Assembly (NCBI GenBank): GCA_963845535.1
Contig: CAWJSK010000014.1
Coordinates: 96,001-160,000 of the forward strand
From: an uncultured Spirochaetota bacterium
GTDB lineage: Bacteria; Spirochaetota; Spirochaetia; SZUA-6; Fen-1364
Reading direction: 5' to 3'
DNA length: 64,000 nt
The first letter of the stretch is position 1, and every line of letters starts with the position of its first letter. The translations under genes were made by a program, and so were the position numbers. Shown here one piece after another: positions 38,711 to 47,328 of the stretch. The notes beneath the pieces were generated by a model. It saw only the letters and a program-made list of their open reading frames with translations, did not search any database and was not told the origin of the DNA.

Positions 38711-40489
38711 ATGAAACGCTTTTTCAACTTCATCGTTTCGAAGGCGCGCAGTGTGCGCGTGGTCTCCAAGATCGCCTTCCGAAACCTCGTGCGGCAGTTC
38801 CGCCGCAACATGCTCCTGGGGATCGGGATCGCCATCAGCATGTGCATCCTCGTGATGACCACGTCGTTCACCAACGGCCTGACGGACATCCTGTTCAACA
38901 AGGTGATGGTCTACATGACCGGCCACATCAGGGTGGTCCAGGACTCCTACGTCACCCGGCGCAGTGACGTGATCAGGGACATGCCGCGGTTCATCCAGAC
39001 CATCAAGGCGAACGTGCCGGGGATCAAACGGATCGACGTGGACATCGGCGCTTTCGGCCGCAGCGTCGGCAACGGAAAGACGGGCATGATGTACCTCGTC
39101 GGCGTTGCAAAGGACGCGGACTTCTACAAGGACACGAACCTGGAAGCCGGCCACGTTGCGGACATCTTCAAGCCGGATGTGTTCCCCGGGATCATCATGT
39201 ACAAGAACGCGGCAAAAGACATCAACGTTGGGTTGAACGATATCGTGACCGTGCGCTTCGACACGGTGTACGGTCAGTCCCAGGCGCCGAAGTTCAAGGT
39301 GGTGGGGCTCATCCCGTCTGAAAACTTGTTCATGGACGTCGCTGCCTTCGTTGACCAGGACACGCTGCGCACCATGCTGAACCTCAAGCCGGACGAGGCG
39401 CTTGGGCTCAACATCGTCGTGGATTACCCAGAGAACCAGCAGAAGGTCATCCAGGAAGCCAACAAGCTGCACGCCGCCCTGGAGCCGGAAGCGGCGGGGG
39501 TGAACGCGCTTTTCCTGGCCGGGGACATGCGGGCAGTCGGGAACGCATTCGGGCTGAAGCTGGATGATGCCAAGGCCTATCAGGTTGCCGCGGACAACCT
39601 GCAATTCGTGAAGGGAGACATCCGCGCGCTTGCCTCAGACAAGGCCGGCATCGCCCTGACGGAAACCCTGGCGGAGCGGCTTGGAGTCGGGATCGGATCC
39701 CACGTAACCTACAGCTACGCTCCCAAGAGCAGCACGGACACCGTCGAAAAGGACGTGGTGGTGCGGGGGATCGTGAAGACGCCCTCTCCCTTTGCGGACG
39801 CCACGGCTTTTGCCAACCCGGACGTCTTCTACCAGACCTTCTACTGGAACATTCCGCGCCAGCCCGCAACGGTGGCGCATGACGCCGCGCTGTTCAAGGC
39901 GCTCCTGCCCGAATGGGACCTCATGGCGCGAAGCCCGAACACGGACGCAGCCGTGAAAAAGCGCCAGCTCCTCGGCAGGGAAAACTGGAAGGGCTCCAAG
40001 GTGGACGTCCAGACAATGTTCGAAAATGCCAGTGCGATTGTCGACTTCCAGAAGGGCCTGAACACCGTGTCCATCGTGGCGGTGCTGGTGCTGTTCTTCG
40101 TGATCCTCATCGGCGTGGTGAATACCATGAGGATGAGCATCCGGGAACGCACGCGGGAAATCGGCACCAACCGGGCCATCGGGATGCAGCGCGGGGACGT
40201 GCGGAGCGTGTTCGTGCTGGAGATCGTGTTCCTGGCCATCCTGTCCTGCGTGATCGGGATCCTCCTGGCGTGGGGGCTCGTATCCCTTCTGGGGCTCATG
40301 ACCTTCGACCTGAAGGACAACCCGTTCAGCATGTTCTTCGTGCAGAAACACCTGTATTTCGTTCCCAAGGCATCCACGATCATCGCGAACTTCATCACGA
40401 TCGTGCTGGTGGCCTTCCTGATAGCATTCTTCACGGCCCGGCGCGCGGCAAAGATGAGAGTGGCTGATGCGCTTCGCCACTACGAATAG
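38711..40489 (+). CDS. FtsX/LolE-like ABC permease with an enlarged periplasmic region
   Basis: IAFRNLVR, ERTREIGTNRAIG, ADALRH. Confidence 0.9.
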   Translation: MKRFFNFIVSKARSVRVVSKIAFRNLVRQFRRNMLLGIGIAISMCILVMTTSFTNGLTDILFNKVMVYMTGHIRVVQDSYVTRRSDVIRDMPRFIQTIKANVPGIKRIDVDIGAFGRSVGNGKTGMMYLVGVAKDADFYKDTNLEAGHVADIFKPDVFPGIIMYKNAAKDINVGLNDIVTVRFDTVYGQSQAPKFKVVGLIPSENLFMDVAAFVDQDTLRTMLNLKPDEALGLNIVVDYPENQQKVIQEANKLHAALEPEAAGVNALFLAGDMRAVGNAFGLKLDDAKAYQVAADNLQFVKGDIRALASDKAGIALTETLAERLGVGIGSHVTYSYAPKSSTDTVEKDVVVRGIVKTPSPFADATAFANPDVFYQTFYWNIPRQPATVAHDAALFKALLPEWDLMARSPNTDAAVKKRQLLGRENWKGSKVDVQTMFENASAIVDFQKGLNTVSIVAVLVLFFVILIGVVNTMRMSIRERTREIGTNRAIGMQRGDVRSVFVLEIVFLAILSCVIGILLAWGLVSLLGLMTFDLKDNPFSMFFVQKHLYFVPKASTIIANFITIVLVAFLIAFFTARRAAKMRVADALRHYE

Positions 40490-40498
40490 GAGAGATCG

Positions 40499-41273
40499 AT
40501 GAAGGGAATCACAGTTACACTTGCGCTCGCCGTCACGCTCGCAGCGGCCCCCGCCCTCTGGGCCAACCCCTCGGTGGGCAGAGATCATCGACGAGGTGGA
40601 CACCCACTTGCAGCTCAAAAGCGACATGACCGCGCAGGCGCGCATCACAACGCGGGACCCCGAGCAGGGCACGAAGGTCATCGACAGCGTGTACTACAGG
40701 CGCGACAGTGACGACGCGTTCCTCATCGTCATCGCCTCTCCCGAGAGCGACCGAGGCAACGGGTACATGAGGGTTGGGGACAACCTGTGGATGTACAAGC
40801 GGGCCACAAGGACCTTCACGCACATCGGCCGTGATGAGAAGATCGGCGGGTCCAACGCGAGCGCCGGGGACATGGAGACGCGCAAGTTCAAGGATCTGTA
40901 CAAGCCGTCGCTTGACGCCTCCGGCAAGGAGATCATTTCCGAGGAGATGCTGGCGGGCAAGATCCCCGTCTACCGTGTGGAGGTGGTGGCGAAGGTCAAC
41001 GACGTGAAGTACCCGAAGCTGGTGATGTGGGTGACTCGGGACAAGTACCTGGAGCTGAAGCGGGAATGCTACAGCCTGTCGGGGACGCTGATGGAGACAG
41101 ACCTGTACACCAACTACAAGGACGTGGACGGGCGCTACGTGCCGCTTCTGATGAAGTTCACTGATGAGGTGGAGAAGGGGAACATGTCGGTGCTGGAGAT
41201 CACGGGGATCAACTTCTCCAAGGTGGATGACTACAAGTTCGACAAGTCGTACCTGGAAAGCCTGAGCAAGTAG
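40499..41273 (+). CDS. LolA-like outer-membrane lipoprotein-sorting protein (apparent frameshift near 40570)
   Basis: Signal peptide in one frame; PESDRGNGYMRVGDNLWMY, YPKLVMWV, YSLSGTLM in the next. Confidence 0.8.
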
Positions 41274-41288
41274 AACGGGAGCCAGACA

Positions 41289-42842
41289 ATGAAACATCCA
41301 TCGCTTCTCATCTGTGTCGTGCTTTTGGCCAGCCTTGCGGCCGGCCCTGCGCTCTGGGCCCAGAGCGCAGCCTCCGGAAGTGACGGAACAGCGGCAGGGT
41401 CCGCCGCCGCGCCGGGCGCGGCCGGCAGCGGCGCCCAAGGGAGCGGCGCGCAGGGATCAGGCGCGGCCGGCAGCGCGCAGGGTTCCAGCGCGCCAGCACA
41501 AGGGACGGGAGCCGCCGCGGCAGGCTCGGACGAGAGCGACTTTTTCGGGTCAGGCCAGGTTGAAGCCCCGCAAGGAGCCGCGGACACGAAGAACCCCGCC
41601 GCGGCGGTGGAGTCGGAGAAGCTTGGATTCTCGGGTCAGTTCCAGTCCCTGAGCTCGTACTCGATGACCCGCAATTTTGTCCAGGGGAACACAGGTTTCA
41701 ACGACAACACTTTCGCGAATACGATGATGGGCGACTTCCTTGTGGACGCGAGGCTCCCCCGGAGCTTTCGGATGTTCTTGGACATGAACATCAACTACGT
41801 GCCTACGGGGGTGCCGGTGCCCACCACTTTCATCGGGGCGCCCTATCCGCTGCCATCGCCCCTTACCCTGTACCAGAACGAAACGACCCTCCTGGACCTC
41901 AAGGAAGTGTTTGTCGATTTCAACTTCGCCAGCAACGCAATCCACTTCCGGGCAGGCAAGCAGGTGCTCCAGTGGGGCACGGGGTATTTCTGGAATCCGA
42001 CGGACCTCATCAACGTCAGCCACAAGAGCTTCACGAACTTGAACGCGCTGCTGGACGGGGTCTTCGGCCTTCGCACGGATGTGACCTTCTCACCTGCCTT
42101 CCACCTTTACACGTTCATCAACCTGAACGGCGTCACGGACCTTACCTACGCGGCATACGCGGCAAGGACCGAGTTCCTGGTGGGCAAGGTGGAGTTCGGC
42201 TTTTCCGGCTGGTACGAATACAACAAGATTCCCGTGTTCGGGGGCGACATTACCATGCCCTTGTTCTGGGAGCTGAATATGACGGGTGAAGCCAGCCTTT
42301 CATACGGGGACAACATTCAGAAGCTGGACACGAGCGGCAATCCCTACTCGGTGAGCAACCAGCTCGTGCCGAAGGTGGACATAGGGTTGTCGCGCACCTT
42401 CGACGTCCTGAACGTCCAGGACAGGCTTACCGTGATGACCGAGTTCTTCTGGAACTCCGACGGCTACAGCCAGGATATGTTCACCCTGAACAACGTGGTG
42501 CCTCTGCAGTCCGGCCTGACGGCGTTGCAGACTTTCCTTTCCGGCTACTACCACGCCAGCTACTACGGCCAGTACTACGGGGCGCTGTTCGTATCCATCG
42601 CTGATTTCGGGCTGCCCGACATGACGTTGTCCTTGAACGGCCTCATGAACTTCTCGGACTCGTCAGCCATAGCGCTTGTGGGGCTTTCTGATTCACCGGT
42701 GAACAACTTCACGCTGGAGGTCCAGCTCGGATCATTCCTTGGCCCGAACAACAGCGAGTACACCATCACGGAGAACTCGAGCACCGGGGTCCTCACGAAC
42801 AACATGTTCTTCGTGATCCTGAGCGCGCAGGTCAACTTCTGA
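41289..42842 (+). CDS. Putative outer-membrane beta-barrel protein
   Basis: Signal peptide, SGAQG low-complexity linker, RAGKQVLQWGTGYFWNPTD, amphipathic strands, terminal Phe. Confidence 0.7.
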   Translation: MKHPSLLICVVLLASLAAGPALWAQSAASGSDGTAAGSAAAPGAAGSGAQGSGAQGSGAAGSAQGSSAPAQGTGAAAAGSDESDFFGSGQVEAPQGAADTKNPAAAVESEKLGFSGQFQSLSSYSMTRNFVQGNTGFNDNTFANTMMGDFLVDARLPRSFRMFLDMNINYVPTGVPVPTTFIGAPYPLPSPLTLYQNETTLLDLKEVFVDFNFASNAIHFRAGKQVLQWGTGYFWNPTDLINVSHKSFTNLNALLDGVFGLRTDVTFSPAFHLYTFINLNGVTDLTYAAYAARTEFLVGKVEFGFSGWYEYNKIPVFGGDITMPLFWELNMTGEASLSYGDNIQKLDTSGNPYSVSNQLVPKVDIGLSRTFDVLNVQDRLTVMTEFFWNSDGYSQDMFTLNNVVPLQSGLTALQTFLSGYYHASYYGQYYGALFVSIADFGLPDMTLSLNGLMNFSDSSAIALVGLSDSPVNNFTLEVQLGSFLGPNNSEYTITENSSTGVLTNNMFFVILSAQVNF

Positions 42843-42883
42843 CAGTCGCCCAGGACGGCAGGAGGTGTCGTGAAATCACAATA

Positions 42884-44185
42884 GGGGACCTCGAAAAACT
42901 AGGTGTTTTTATGCTTTTCGTTCCTGCCAGGTCGATGACGCTGTGATTTTTAAAGCAGAAGGCTGGCTTTTTCGCACGGTCTATCCGGATCATTTTCGAT
43001 TTCCAGATTTTCAACAGTTTTTGCTCTTTTCCCGGCCTCCCGGTCCCTATTTCTTGCTCTTTTAACCCTCCAGTTGAATCCCGGGCAGACTACGCCCCCT
43101 GAAGATATGCCGAGCGCACAATGTTGTAGGTCAAATTAATTAGCCCGATGTTCGACCGCGCTCGCACGATTCCGATCGAGCGGATACGAAAGCCGTTCAT
43201 GCAGTTGGTGATGTGCGCGAAGACGTGCTCCACCCGGGCACGGATGCGCGACTTCGCTCGGTTACTTCTCATCTGGGATTTGCTCAACGGTTGATTGCGA
43301 TACCCTTTCTCATGGATCTTGCTTTGCACTCCACGCTTCTGCAGGGTGTCCTCGATTTTCTCAGAGCGGTAGGCACTGTCGGCATGCAGCTCCGTATCCA
43401 CATCAGTTTTCTGCAGCAACGACGGCAGCACTTGCGAATCATGCACGCTGGCATCGGTGACCTCATAGGTCTTAATCAGTTTGCTCTGCCTATCCACTTT
43501 CACGTGATCTTTGTACCCGTAGTAAGTCTGCTCGTTCTTCTTCGTCCAACGCGCCTCGGTATCCTTTTGCCTCAGCTTCGCAGGATCCTCTTTCCAATCC
43601 GTGGGGATCTTTCCCTCTTTGATCGTTTGATTCTCCTCCCGACTGTTCCTCTGCCGCGGCACTTCCACAAAACTCGCATCAACGATGCTGCCGTTATTTT
43701 CGATTAGCCCCAGCTTCTCCAAATGCGCGCGGTACAACGTGAAAAGCTTTTCGATTAACCCACGCTTGCTCAGTACCTCACGAAAGAGCCAAATGGTCTT
43801 TTCATCCGGCACCTCCCCATGCAATCCCTGGCCCAAGAACCGCTGGAAGCTCAGACGGTCCAATATCTGAAACTGCATCTGGGCATCCGACAGATTGTAC
43901 AGACGTTGGAGAATCAGGATCTTGAACATCAAAACGTAATCGAACGGCGGGCGCCCGCCTGGTCCTTTGGGTTCCTTCTTGAAGCATCGCTTCAAAAGCG
44001 GACGAAATATTTCCCAATCCATCGTCGCGTTGAGTTTCTCAAGCGGATCGCCTTGGCTACTCAACTTCTGGAGACGCTCTTGTTCATCAAAGAAACCGCG
44101 TTGTTGATTCATTCCCCACCCTGATTGGAGAATAACATGAGATACCGAGACACTCAATGAAAATGGCTAGTTTTTAGAGGCGCCC
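42884..44185 (-). mobile_element. IS5-family insertion sequence, copy 2 (1302 bp)
   Basis: Same IRs as copy 1 in the opposite orientation; TSD AATA at 42880-42883 and 44186-44189. Confidence 0.95.
43090..44112 (-). CDS. IS5-family DDE transposase (intact, 340 aa)
   Basis: Uninterrupted ORF with IVDASF, ADSAY and RVEHVF. Confidence 0.93.
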   Translation of the reverse strand: MNQQRGFFDEQERLQKLSSQGDPLEKLNATMDWEIFRPLLKRCFKKEPKGPGGRPPFDYVLMFKILILQRLYNLSDAQMQFQILDRLSFQRFLGQGLHGEVPDEKTIWLFREVLSKRGLIEKLFTLYRAHLEKLGLIENNGSIVDASFVEVPRQRNSREENQTIKEGKIPTDWKEDPAKLRQKDTEARWTKKNEQTYYGYKDHVKVDRQSKLIKTYEVTDASVHDSQVLPSLLQKTDVDTELHADSAYRSEKIEDTLQKRGVQSKIHEKGYRNQPLSKSQMRSNRAKSRIRARVEHVFAHITNCMNGFRIRSIGIVRARSNIGLINLTYNIVRSAYLQGA

Positions 44186-44658
44186 AATAGACTGGTGGCG
44201 AATCGGCTGCCTCCGAATACCAGAATGTTCTTGCCAGGCTGCGGCGCTGAGCCCACGACAATCCGTAGCTGGTTCGGGCATTCGACCCGGACAGTTGAGG
44301 TGCGCAGAGACTGGACTACAATCTTTCCTTTCTTGCAGTACGCTATCGCCTCGCCGCCAATGAGTATCGTGTCTGCCGGGCTGCCATCGGTTGTCGTCCA
44401 CAGTCTCCCCGCGACACAGGTAATTCTGTAGGGCCGGCGGTGTACACGGATTGAGATAACCTCATTCCGCTGAAGGACGAACGTAGCACTCGCGTTGAAG
44501 ATTGTCGTCGTCGCGGGCTTCGACTGCCGGGCGTGTTTCTTCTCCTCCTTTCGACTCTTTCGCGCGGCATCTCCCAACCGCGCCTCGTCTGCCTGTCGAT
44601 AGAGGTCTTTCTGCACCTGTTTTGCCACTCTGTACTGCTCGTACCAGTTGTGGTACAT
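44167..44658 (-). CDS. DUF2917-like domain protein with an N-terminal helical extension
   Basis: GGAGGAGG RBS; RITCVAGRLWTTTDGSPADTILIGGE...GKIVVQSL; last 5 codons supplied by the IS. Confidence 0.75.
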   Translation of the reverse strand: MYHNWYEQYRVAKQVQKDLYRQADEARLGDAARKSRKEEKKHARQSKPATTTIFNASATFVLQRNEVISIRVHRRPYRITCVAGRLWTTTDGSPADTILIGGEAIAYCKKGKIVVQSLRTSTVRVECPNQLRIVVGSAPQPGKNILVFGGSRFATSLLGASKN

Positions 44659-44727
44659 GGCCTCCTCCTTCTTGGCCCGTCGTTCGCGGGAATGGTGGCG
44701 GTGAAAGAGGACGGAATCTGTCCTTTC

Positions 44728-44880
44728 TTATCGGAGGTTTCCCACATACGCCGCCCGCCGAGCCGCGTCGTGACGGTTTTCGAGCTCCTGCAATTGCGGC
44801 CGTCGCTCACCGGAGGCCGCCTTGAATGGGAGTGAAACAATTTGGTCTTTGGCCAGCGTGAATATGATGTTGTTCCTCAT
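44728..44880 (-). CDS. Small ORF (50 aa), possible DUF2917 remnant
   Basis: GAGGAG RBS; MRNNIIFTLAKDQIVSLPFKAASGERRPQLQELENRHDAARRAAYVGNLR. Confidence 0.3.
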   Translation of the reverse strand: MRNNIIFTLAKDQIVSLPFKAASGERRPQLQELENRHDAARRAAYVGNLR

Positions 44881-45045
44881 TATCTCTCCTCGAGTTCAAA
44901 GGTGGAAGAGCGGATGGTAAGGGAACCACCCGGTTCTTGCGACGTTGGTACCCTCGAAGCATCCTGCCCTCCTTCTTCACAGGCTCCAAGCGGCAGCGGG
45001 AGATCCAGCCCAGCAGGACGCGGCTCCGCAGGGGCATCGAAAATA

Positions 45046-45077
45046 ATATTGACAGTAGTACTGTCAATATCTATCTT
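45046..45077 (+). promoter_or_regulatory. Perfect 25-bp palindromic operator overlapping a sigma70-like promoter
   Basis: ATATTGACAGTA-G-TACTGTCAATAT; TTGACA 45049-45054, 17 bp, TATCTT 45072-45077. Confidence 0.75.
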
Positions 45078-45083
45078 ACCCGC

Positions 45084-45833
45084 ATGAGGTCACTCGGACG
45101 GCCTGATGATCCACCCAGCAGGTTCGCGTTGGCCATATTCTGGATAAACGGCCTGCTACTGCGCAGCGGCGAAAAGATCACAAGGAGTCTTGGCGTCAGC
45201 AGTGCCAAATGGCAGGTCCTTGGACGGGCAGGAGACGAACCGCAGCCGGTTGCGCAGATGGCCCGCGACATGGGTCTCGCGCGACAGAGTGTGCAGCGTG
45301 TCGCCAACGTGTTGGAGAAACAAGGGCTCGTTACTTACAAGGACAACCCAACCGATCGCAGAGCACAACTTGTTGAACTTACGGGACAAGGTAGGAAAAC
45401 TCTCGCTGCCATCTACCGGCGAAATGCGGAGTGGTCAGATCGAATGGGAGCGAAACTTGTTCTTCGACGATTGGCTAAAGTCACGGCTGAACTGGAACGC
45501 GCTGGCCAGATCTTGGAAGCAGACGAACAAACCATTATGCGGGAGGAGACCGTGGTAGGCAAGACATTCAGAGCGACAATTCGGAGGGATGATAAAAAGG
45601 GCGGCTGGACTTACGTGATATGGCCAGAATCCGCTGAGTTTCTAGGGACGCGCAAAGCTGCAAAAGTAAGCGGCACTGTCGACGGTTATGCTTTTCAAGC
45701 CACCTTCCTGCCAATGGGCGACGGCACACATATGTTGCCAATGAAGGCGGCAATCTTGAAAGCTATCAAGAAGGGGGCAGGAAACACAGTTGAGGTTTGT
45801 GTGTCGGAGAGATCGGAACCCGCAGCTAAATGA
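45084..45833 (+). CDS. MarR-family regulator fused in frame to a DUF1905-like domain
   Basis: SAKWQVLG, VAQMARDMGLARQSVQR, NPTDRRAQLVELT; then GGWTYV...KVSGTVDG...PMGDGTHMLP. Confidence 0.8.
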   Translation: MRSLGRPDDPPSRFALAIFWINGLLLRSGEKITRSLGVSSAKWQVLGRAGDEPQPVAQMARDMGLARQSVQRVANVLEKQGLVTYKDNPTDRRAQLVELTGQGRKTLAAIYRRNAEWSDRMGAKLVLRRLAKVTAELERAGQILEADEQTIMREETVVGKTFRATIRRDDKKGGWTYVIWPESAEFLGTRKAAKVSGTVDGYAFQATFLPMGDGTHMLPMKAAILKAIKKGAGNTVEVCVSERSEPAAK

Positions 45834-45879
45834 AATGGCAATAGAGGGTTTTGACGAACATTCTGCAAGGAGGTAGGTC

Positions 45880-46818
45880 ATGGCTGTAGTTCTGATCGCC
45901 CTGGCGGGAGTCGCTGCAATTATGGTGATCTATTTCGGAATTAGACTTGAATGGGGTCCCCGGCCCGTGCAACACGAGGTAGCTCCGGACTCCGACGTCA
46001 AGTTCATCGATGCCAACGGTATAAAATTCGGTTACATCGAGAATGGCAAGGGTCCGCTTGTTCTGCTTTTTCACGGGTATCCTGAGACGGCACGGTCCTG
46101 GCGTGAGATTCAGGCTCGACTCTCCTCTGAGGGCTATCACGTTGTGGTCCCATTCCTGCGAGGGTATCCTCCAACTTCGTCTCCTACCGATGGCGATTAT
46201 CGCGGACAGGTATTGGGCCAAGACATTCTCGCGCTTATCGACGCTTTCAAGGTCGAGACCGCTATTGTTGTCGGCCACGATTGGGGGGCATCGGCCGCCT
46301 ATATCGCAGCGACCAAGAAACCGGAGAAGATCGAGAAGCTGGTGGCCATTTCCATGCCACACCCTAGGGGATTCGAGGGTGCAGTGAAATTCTTTCTCTC
46401 TGCTCCCCACTTTCTCTACTACCAGTTGCCCTGGGCGCGCCGAATTGTTTGGAGCCACGATTTTGCTCATATTGGACGGCTCTATCGAAAATGCGCGCCG
46501 AATTATCGACCGTCCGCCGAGGTCCTCGAGGAAATCAAATCAACCCTCAAGAGACCCGGAGCTCTTGAAGGAGCACTCGGTTATTACTGGTCGGCCTTCA
46601 AGGGGAGGCAGAGCGAAGTTTCAGGTGGTGACTCAGTCTCCGTTCCGTCGCTCGTGATCGCGGGTTCAGACGACGGACCGATTGACTTTGCGATGTTTGC
46701 CAAAGCTCGCCCGGCATTTATCGGTCCCTATTTCTTCGTGGAGCTCGCTACCGGCCATTTCCCACAGCTGGAAGCCGCTGAAGAAGTGGCGGGGGCCATT
46801 CTGTCCTTTCACAGATAG
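45880..46818 (+). CDS. Alpha/beta hydrolase (epoxide hydrolase type)
   Basis: HGYPE, GHDWG nucleophile Asp, GHFPQLE; N-terminal TM helix. Confidence 0.9.
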   Translation: MAVVLIALAGVAAIMVIYFGIRLEWGPRPVQHEVAPDSDVKFIDANGIKFGYIENGKGPLVLLFHGYPETARSWREIQARLSSEGYHVVVPFLRGYPPTSSPTDGDYRGQVLGQDILALIDAFKVETAIVVGHDWGASAAYIAATKKPEKIEKLVAISMPHPRGFEGAVKFFLSAPHFLYYQLPWARRIVWSHDFAHIGRLYRKCAPNYRPSAEVLEEIKSTLKRPGALEGALGYYWSAFKGRQSEVSGGDSVSVPSLVIAGSDDGPIDFAMFAKARPAFIGPYFFVELATGHFPQLEAAEEVAGAILSFHR

Positions 46819-47328
46819 TTGCGAGTGGAAGCCTGTCATGGGAGGAGGCGCACATTCCGAATCACCAGAAGCGTCTCCGGCGGGGCTTTGGCGTACGTAA
46901 TTTTCCTTTCTTGAGCTGACCCCTGCGGGCAGAGTGAGAGAATAGCCGGGGGCTGTGCCATGCCGTTTAGGAGCAGGCCGTCAGTCTATCCGTGGAACGC
47001 CTTCACCGTCACGGGCCCGCGGCAGTTCGGCCCGGAGTTTTCCGCGGCGCTCAACTTTCCTTACAACGCAAATCCGAAACAAATTTCCCCACTATCTTTG
47101 TTCTCTGGCCTTTGTCAGGGAAAGGGTATTGCCTATGTTGCGACTTTGGTGACCTCGTGCGCCAGCATCTCGACAACCGCCTTGACCTGGGCGTCGCGCT
47201 CTTCTTTCGCCCGATCCATCAGCATTCCGGTCATGCCGTTTTCCTTTTTCTCTTGTCTCCGACAACGCCTTCTTATTGTGATTCCCACGAGCGAACCACC
47301 GGGCAATGAACGACTCGTGACTCCTCCG

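Noticed and set aside
6337..44185. Composite transposon or past inversion bounded by the two inverted IS copies
   Set aside because: Each copy has its own matching TSD (TATA, AATA) and each empty site rebuilds a coherent gene, so these are independent insertions; the interval holds core genes
46960..47050. Structured GC-rich stretch resembling a fluoride-type riboswitch on the minus strand
   Set aside because: The consensus match is poor and no gene lies downstream in that orientation
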